This document shows, piece after piece, positions 57,251 through 64,000 of a DNA stretch of 64,000 bases. The DNA lies in NCBI RefSeq assembly GCF_009914755.1, contig NC_060936.1; one strand, 5' to 3'. Under the pieces are notes generated by a model. The model was not told the DNA's origin, ran no database searches, and saw only the letters and a program-made list of their open reading frames with translations. Numbering within the stretch: the first letter of the stretch is position 1; every line of letters starts with the position of its first letter. Position numbers and translations under genes: made by a program. Origin of the DNA: the human T2T-CHM13v2.0 reference genome, Homo sapiens.

Positions 57251-58133
57251 CTAATATCCAGAATCTACAATGAACTCAAACAAATTTACAAGAAAAAAAC
57301 AAACAACCCCATCAAAAAGTGGGCGAAGGACATGAACAGACACTTCTCAAAAGAAGACATTTATGCAGCCAAAAAACACATGAAAAAATGCTCATCATCA
57401 CTGGCCATCAGAGAAATGCAAATCAAAACCACAATGAGATACCATCTCACACCAGTTAGAATGGCAATCATTAAAAAGTCAGGAAACAATAGGTGCTGGA
57501 GAGGATGTGGAGAAATAGGAACACTTTTACACTGTTGGTGGGACTGTAAACTAGTTCAACCATTGTAGAAGTCAGTGTGGTGATTCCTCAGGGATCTAGA
57601 ACTAGAAATACCATTTGAGCCAGCCATCCCATTACTGGGTATATACCCAAAGGACTATAAATCATGCTGCTATAAAGACACGTGCACACGTATGTTTATT
57701 GCGGCACTATTCACAATAGCAAAGACTTGGAACCAACCCAAATGTCCAACAATGATAGACTGGATTAAGAAAATGTGGCACATATACACCATGGAATACT
57801 ATGCAGCCATAAAAAATGATGAGTTCATGTCCTTTGTAGGGACATGGATGAAATTGGAAATCATCATTTTCAGTAAACTATCGCAAGGACAAAAAACCAA
57901 ACACTGCATGTTCTCACTCATAGATGGGAATTGAACAATGAGAACACATGAACACAGGAAGGGGAACATCACACTCTGGGGACTGTTGTGGGATGGGGGG
58001 AGTGGGGAGGGATAGCTTTAGGAGATATACCTAATGCTAAATGACGAGCTAATGGGTGCAGCACACCAGCATGGCACATGTATACATATGTAACTAACCT
58101 GCACATTGTGCACATGTACCCTAAAACTTAAAG

Positions 58134-58169
<36 letters not shown>

Positions 58170-58293
58170 GACTCCGTCTCAAAAAAAAAACCAATTTAAG
58201 AGCAAAAATATCAAATACCGCCAAATAAATGCAATATAAGGTGTGCAAGACTTCTATAAAGAAACCTATTAAACATTGTTGAGAGAAAAAAAA
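57251..58293 (+). mobile_element. 5'-truncated L1PA3-like LINE-1 (57251-58169) with 3' transduction (58170-58285) and polyA
   Basis: ORF2 C-terminus and 3'UTR; 'gctaaatgacgag', 'ccagcatgg', 'gtaactaacc' diagnostics; 18-bp TSD aagaaattttcatagccc at 57234-57251 and 58294-58311. Confidence 0.95.
57252..57934 (+). pseudogene. L1 ORF2p C-terminal fragment (CCHC domain) with a premature stop
   Basis: [11 protein letters not shown]...[24 protein letters not shown] (TGG->TAG) ...MFIAALFTIAKTWNQPKCP...MFSLIDGN*. Confidence 0.92.
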
Positions 58294-58509
58294 AAGAAAT
58301 TTTCATAGCCCAAGTAGGTGTTCCAATAACAATAAATCTAGCAGAAATTTACTGTGCACTTGCTATGTGCCAGACACTTGATTAGTTTTGATTTGTGTTA
58401 TTTAATGCATATAGCATTCTTCATGATAAGTATTATTATGCTCATTTTATACATGAGGGAATTACAATTCAGAGAGGTTAAATAACTTGTCCAAGGCCAC
58501 ACAGCTTTG

Positions 58510-60115
58510 TCATACTTGCTTAGTAAAACCCCAACTCTCCTTTGAATCAAACTGTCTGTTTACTCTATAACTGCATTGCCTGCTTCCAGCTGAACATGGT
58601 ATCACTTTAAATTCATGATAGTGAACTTCATGTGATCCTTTGATCTGCCAACATTCAGACTACATTTTCCTAAATTCCTAATGTTTTCACTTGTAGGTAA
58701 CCATTCACAACCTCTTCTTTAACTTCAACCCCTCCCTCCCAACTTCACTCTTGGTTTATCTTTTTGCTTCTTGCTTTACTGAGAAAATACAATCAGAAGA
58801 GAAATTTGAATCCTCACACTGTGCCTTCCTGCTTGTTACTGTAGATGAACCAGCTGTACCCTGTGCACTACCTCAGACAATCTCCCCACTCCCTTGTGCC
58901 TTAGATCTCACCCTTTCCTATTCAACAGCATCCTTCAGCAATTCTCCCATTTCTCACTTGCATTATTATTTTTCCCTTTCTACTGAATCATGTCTGTCAG
59001 CATACAAACATGCAGTTATTTATTCCATCTTAATAAAACAAAATAAATACAAAAACAGAATTTCTCTTTCCTCCTCAGCCATTGCCCATGTATTGGCCCC
59101 TTTGTAGCAACATTCAAGACTTGTTTATACTTGCTCAATCCAGTTCTTGTTCTCTTTAAAACTGACTCAAAATAGGCTTTTCTCTATCTTCCCTCATTCC
59201 CGAGGTGATCCCATTAAGTCTTCTGGTTCTATCTTCTTTCTGCTGGTGACTCCTAAATTCCTGTCTTTCAGGAATTCCAGCATTCCAGACTCAAATATCC
59301 CACTGCCCATTCTCGTCTCTTCCTTGACATCTCAGTAATTCCAAAACCAAACTTCTGATCTTCCTTTCATATCAGTCCTAGTTCTGGCAAGAGAAACAAA
59401 TGGCACACTTTAACTGGATAATTTGACGGCAGTTTATAAAGAGGTTATTTACAGGGTGTAGAGAAACCACAGAGGATAGTGCAGAGCCCCAGTGCTAACA
59501 AAGGCGGTTATTGTCCCACCAATCTTGGAAGGGAAAGAAGTGAAAAGAGGAAGCAGTTGTCACTAAGAGAGAGAGAGATAGAAAGAGAGAGAGGTATGGA
59601 GGTAATCGACAGGAGCTGTGACCCCCTGTGGGAGTGTAACCAGCTTAAAGCAACTCTTCCTTCCTTTGAATCTCATACCAGTGCCCCTCATTGGCTGAAC
59701 ATACACTGGAGACCCAGAGAGCACAAGATCAGTAATGTACTCCACAGTAGGCTTACCAGAGTACAGAACAGAATGAGGGTGAGTAGACAGTGCCTGCACA
59801 GTGGTAAATAAAAGATATCCTGCACACTCCCAAAACAATTCCACCTAGGATCTTTCCCCTATCAGTTGATGGAAAAGCCATACTGTTCATTCTTCTAGGA
59901 AAAAAACAAGGAGTCATCTTTGACTCACTTTTACATTTGACCTGTCAGATCTAATTGGTCCTCCCTTCCAAGTTATCTAGATTGACCACTTCTCACCAGG
60001 TCCAGGTCTACCCTTCTCATTGAGCCACCATGCTCTCTTGCTATTCACAGCTAACAGGTCTCCTTATTTCCACTACCATGCCTGCACATGCAATTATAAA
60101 CACAGTAACCAGAGG
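58510..60115 (+). mobile_element. L2 fragments split by an old ERVL-type LTR (~59368-59826, LTR41-like)
   Basis: L2 motifs 'tttactgagaaaata', 'cagcatacaaacatgc', 'ggagtcatctttgactc'; LTR motif 'gaaacaaatggcacactttaactggataatttga'. Confidence 0.6.
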
Positions 60116-60124
60116 ACACTTTCA

Positions 60125-62625
60125 CGTCTTTCTAGGACTTTATCCAGTTCATTTAAGTTGTTTAATTTATTGACATACAATAGTTCATAGTGTTCCTTTA
60201 CAATCCTTTTTATTTCTTTAAGGTTGGTAGTAATGTTCCATCTTTCATTTCTGATTCTAGTAATTTCAGTCTTCTCTTTTTTTTTTTCTTGGTCAATTTA
60301 GCTTAAGTTTGGCCGATGTTGCTAATCTTTTCAAAGAATCACCTTTTATTTTCATTGATTTTTCTCTATTGTTTTTCTATTCTTTATAAAATTAATTTCC
60401 TTTCTAATCCCTGTTATTTCCTTTCTTCTGCTTGCTTCAGGATTAGTTTGATTTTCTTTTTTCAGTTTTCAGGTAGATTACATTTTTGATTTGAGGTTTC
60501 TTTTTTTAAAACACAGACATTCACAGCTACACATTTCCTACTAACCACTGCTTTAGCTTCATTCTATAAGTTTTTGATATGCTGTCTTCATTTTTATTTG
60601 GAAGTATTGTATAATTTCTCTTCTGATTCTTAATTGAATCATTAGTTATTTAGGAGTGTGTTGTTTAATTTTTACATATCTGTAGATTTCCGAAATTTCT
60701 TTCTGTTGTCAATTTCTAATTCTGCTCCATTTTTGTCAGAGAACATATCTGGTATTTTTAAATTATTTCTATTCTTTCAAATTTATTGAGTTTTGTTTTC
60801 TGACCTAGTGTATGGTCTATCCTGAGAAATGTTCCATGTACACTTGAGAAGAATATATGTTCTGCCGTTGTTGGATGAAATGTTCTATTGAAGTCTGTTA
60901 GGTATAATTGGTTTAGACTGTGGTTCAAGTCTTCTATTTCCTTGTTGATTTTTAGCCTAGTTGCTCTATCCGTTATTGAAAGTGGGCTACTGAAGTTTCC
61001 AACTACTATTGTTGAATTTTCTGTTTGAGTTTACACTTCATGTTTCGTGGCGCTCTGTTGTTAAGTATATATATATATATATATATATATGTTTATAATT
61101 GTGTTATCTTCCTGATATGTTGACTCTTTTATGTTTACAAAAGCTCCCCTTTATCTCTACTAACATTTTTGTTTTGAAATCTATTTTGTCTAGAACTTCA
61201 GATTTCTTTTGGTTGCTGCTCGCATGATATATCTCTTTCCTTCTTTTAACTTTAATCTATTTGTATCTTTGAATCTAAAGTGTGTCTCCTGTAGACAGCA
61301 CATAGTTGCAACATTATCATTTAAGGTAATTATTGATGTAGTTGGACTTACATTTGACATTTGACATTTTGTTTTCTATAAGTCTCATGTATTTTTTTGA
61401 TATTCTATTCCTCCTGTACTGCTCCCTTTTGCATTTAGTGAATATTTTCTCATGTAGCATTTTAATTTCTTTAATAATTTTTTGATACATTTTTTAAAAT
61501 TGTTAAATTATGCCTTTACTGACTGCTCTAGAACTTATCAAAAATAGCTTCAGATTTATATTAACTTAATTATACATGTTATTTCTAATCCCTTTCCACA
61601 TTTTTCTTGTATTATTATTATTCATTTTACATCTACAAATGTTATAAATCCAAAATTATTGTTATAATTATTATTTTATACACTTTGTCTTTAAAGAAAT
61701 TGAGAGGAAAACAGATAGTTATATATATACATGTATATATACTTACTTAGAGCTTTTGTTACATTGACTTTCTTATTCATCATCCTCAGTTTTCTTTGTT
61801 TATTCCTGTAAATTTGAGTTACCAGATGGAGTCATTTCTTGAGCCCAAAACAGCTTTGTTCCTACTGTCCTTCTTCATTGCTATTATTGGCAAGTATATT
61901 ACATTTGTATATGTTATAGGCCCCAAAATACATTATATGTGTATTATGTTATATAATAGCTTTTTAAATTAGTTAGGAGAAGAAAGGGGAAGAAATATTC
62001 ATTTATACTGTCTTTTATAATTCATAATTATCTTTACCAATGCTCTTTCCTTTTTTAAAATGTGGATTTGAATTGCCGTCTGATTTTGCTTGCTTTAAGA
62101 TTGAAGCACTACTTTTAGTATATCTTGTAAGGTAATTCTGCCAGCAATTCAATTCAATTTCACTTGAATTTTGTTTATCTGGGAATGTCTTTATTTCCAT
62201 GTCCATTTTTAAAAAATAACTGCTGGATATAGGATTCTTGAACAACAGTGTTTTCATTGAGCATTTTGCATATATCATTCTACTGCCTTCTGGCCTCCAC
62301 TGATTCTGATATGTCAGCTGTTGATCTTATTGGGGTTCCATCATAAATGACAAGTCATTTTTCTCTTGCCGCTTTCAAGATACTCTCCATGTCTTTGGAT
62401 TTTGGCATTTTTACTATGACATGTCTATTTGTAGATCTCTTTATCTTACTTGGAATTCATTGAGTTTCCTGGATTTATAGTGTTTTAAAATAAATTTCAT
62501 CTGTTTTCAGCCATTATTTATTTAAATTTTTTAAAATCTCCTTTCTCTCTTTCCTCTCCTCCTGGTACTCTCATTACATGTGTGTTGGTGCACTCAGTGA
62601 TATCCCGTATTTCCCTGAGGCCCAT
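60125..62625 (-). mobile_element. Ancient L1M: ORF1 3' part and ORF2 endonuclease region, antisense
   Basis: T-rich antisense L1: 'tatggtctatcctgagaaatgttccatgtacacttgagaagaat', 'attttgtttatctgggaatgtctttattt', 'ttctactgccttctggcctcc'. Confidence 0.85.
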
Positions 62626-62881
62626 GGTTACTCTGGGATAACAGTGGTTCTGGCGGGATATTCTTTGACTGTCTGTTCAACACCCAGCTTTTCACTCCCA
62701 CTAGAAGCTGAGTGTAATGAGAGGCGTATTTGATAAGTGTGTGTTGGGAATTTGAATAATGTCAAGACACAAAAACTATTGAGTATGACTGATTAAGATA
62801 CTTGTTTCAGTTAATGTTTCCTCTTCCAATGAAAATGCATTAGGCAGTGATTCTTTCACACCTCAGTGTAAATTGCTTTAA

Positions 62882-63298
62882 CCCACAAAATATCTCACTT
62901 TTACTATTATTTTTGCATCACTCTAGTATATCAACTTTGGAAACCAAAGACTCATTCTATTTATGGCATCCTGTTTTTAGTAGTGGTATTTCCATTTACA
63001 AAATGTAATGATTCTCTGTTGCTGAAAATGTCAAATCCTAGAAAGCGCACCATTCCTATGTGTGATGTTAACATCGTTCTCAAACAGTTGTTGGCTGAAG
63101 ATTCATTTGATTAATCCAAGTGTTCCAAAATAGATGATTCTGATGTAGTTCTGTTTAGAAATAACTTCAATAGCAGTTTTTATATTTTATTTTCACATTG
63201 AAAATCAGTCAGATTTGCTTCAGCCTCAGAGTGTGTTTATGTAAAATTAAATGAGCATGGGCAGTGAGCTGCATTTTTTTTTCTCAATGGTAAAGGGG
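62882..63298 (+). mobile_element. MER75 non-autonomous piggyBac element
   Basis: TTAA at 62878-81 and 63299-302; CCC...GGG termini; body matches MER75 and includes a PGBD4-like ORF start. Confidence 0.9.
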
Positions 63299-63539
63299 TT
63301 AATGGACTTTCAGTTCCTCCTTTCACTTATCCATTTATACAAGTGTTGACCTGTATAAAGGGCATGGTGGGGCATCTGACTTCTGGAGAGGTATTTGCTT
63401 TTGGGAGTCTGTAGGGTATCAGAGATCAATGGTTGTCAGGGAGGTAAAGGAAAAGAAGCAGGAAGTGAGAGAGGAGTTCACTCCAGGTACACACATCTCC
63501 TATCTGTCCCTTGATCTTACCAAGTTTAAGGTATCTGCC

Positions 63540-63915
63540 TTGTCAGTGAGAATGCTCTCACCCTGATGTTCGTGCAGCTGGTCCTTCATGTCATTCAGAT
63601 CTCAGCTTAGGTATCACCCCCCCACCAAAGAGGCTTTCTCTGATATCCCAAACTGAAGTGATTAGCAGTCACAACATTTTATTATATTTTAATTTAATTA
63701 TAATAATTATAATAATAATTAACTTATTATAATTTAAATATAATGTTATATTTTAATTCTCCAAAAATACTTCTTATCTGATATTTTTCTACATACAGTA
63801 GTTTGCTTAGTCTTTTTTCTCATTATAAGAAAACAATGTTCATCTTGTTTACCTCTTTATCTCCAGCATCTAGAAGAGAGATACATGCAAAATATTTAAT
63901 AAATATTTGCTGAAT
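63540..63915 (+). mobile_element. L2 3' fragment with an AT-rich insert
   Basis: 'tcattcagatctcagcttaggtatcacc...catcttgtttacctctttatctccagcatctagaa...aataaatatttgctgaat'. Confidence 0.7.
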
Positions 63916-64000
63916 CAAATTATTCTTTCTTCTCTTCTTAGACTTCTCATCTCCTTCCACTTGCTCTTCATTAGAAGTGTTATAAGAAATGAGCACAAAG

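Noticed and set aside
57251-58169. Human-specific active L1Hs
   Set aside because: The 3'UTR has the GAG rather than ACA diagnostic and older variants; it is 5'-truncated with a stop in ORF2.
63680-63760. AT-only quasi-palindrome
   Set aside because: Low-complexity sequence in which self-complementarity is expected by chance.

Overview
Primate (human-like) nuclear non-coding DNA, AT-rich and made up mostly of interspersed repeats. I recognise no host protein-coding exon, RNA gene or prokaryote-type system, and the ORF track is explained by repeat remnants and chance ORFs. The window holds a full-length but decayed Hsmar1 mariner (12988-14259), a 5'-truncated ERV9 LTR12 with an 11-copy CCAAT array, a full-length MST MaLR provirus, many solo LTRs (LTR10, MER61, MER77-like, MSTA, MLT1/2, LTR16, LTR33-like), 11 near-complete Alus plus two fragments, old L1/L2/MIR pieces and several DNA-transposon MITEs (MER30, MER44, MER33, MER53, MER75, Charlie1). 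The most notable structures are: (1) an L1PA3-type insertion with a 3' transduction that tags its donor locus; (2) a MER44 that has captured a ~208-bp direct copy of downstream unique DNA plus an inverted copy of its own end; (3) an Hsmar1 copy with the same third catalytic D->N change as SETMAR; (4) a tailless 3'-truncated Alu flanked by TSDs; (5) an AluS/AluY chimera with a perfect TSD; (6) a triple p53 half-site in LTR10; (7) an LTR12/Alu deletion junction. Subfamily names come from recalled consensus sequences, not from a database search, and boundaries of old repeats are approximate.
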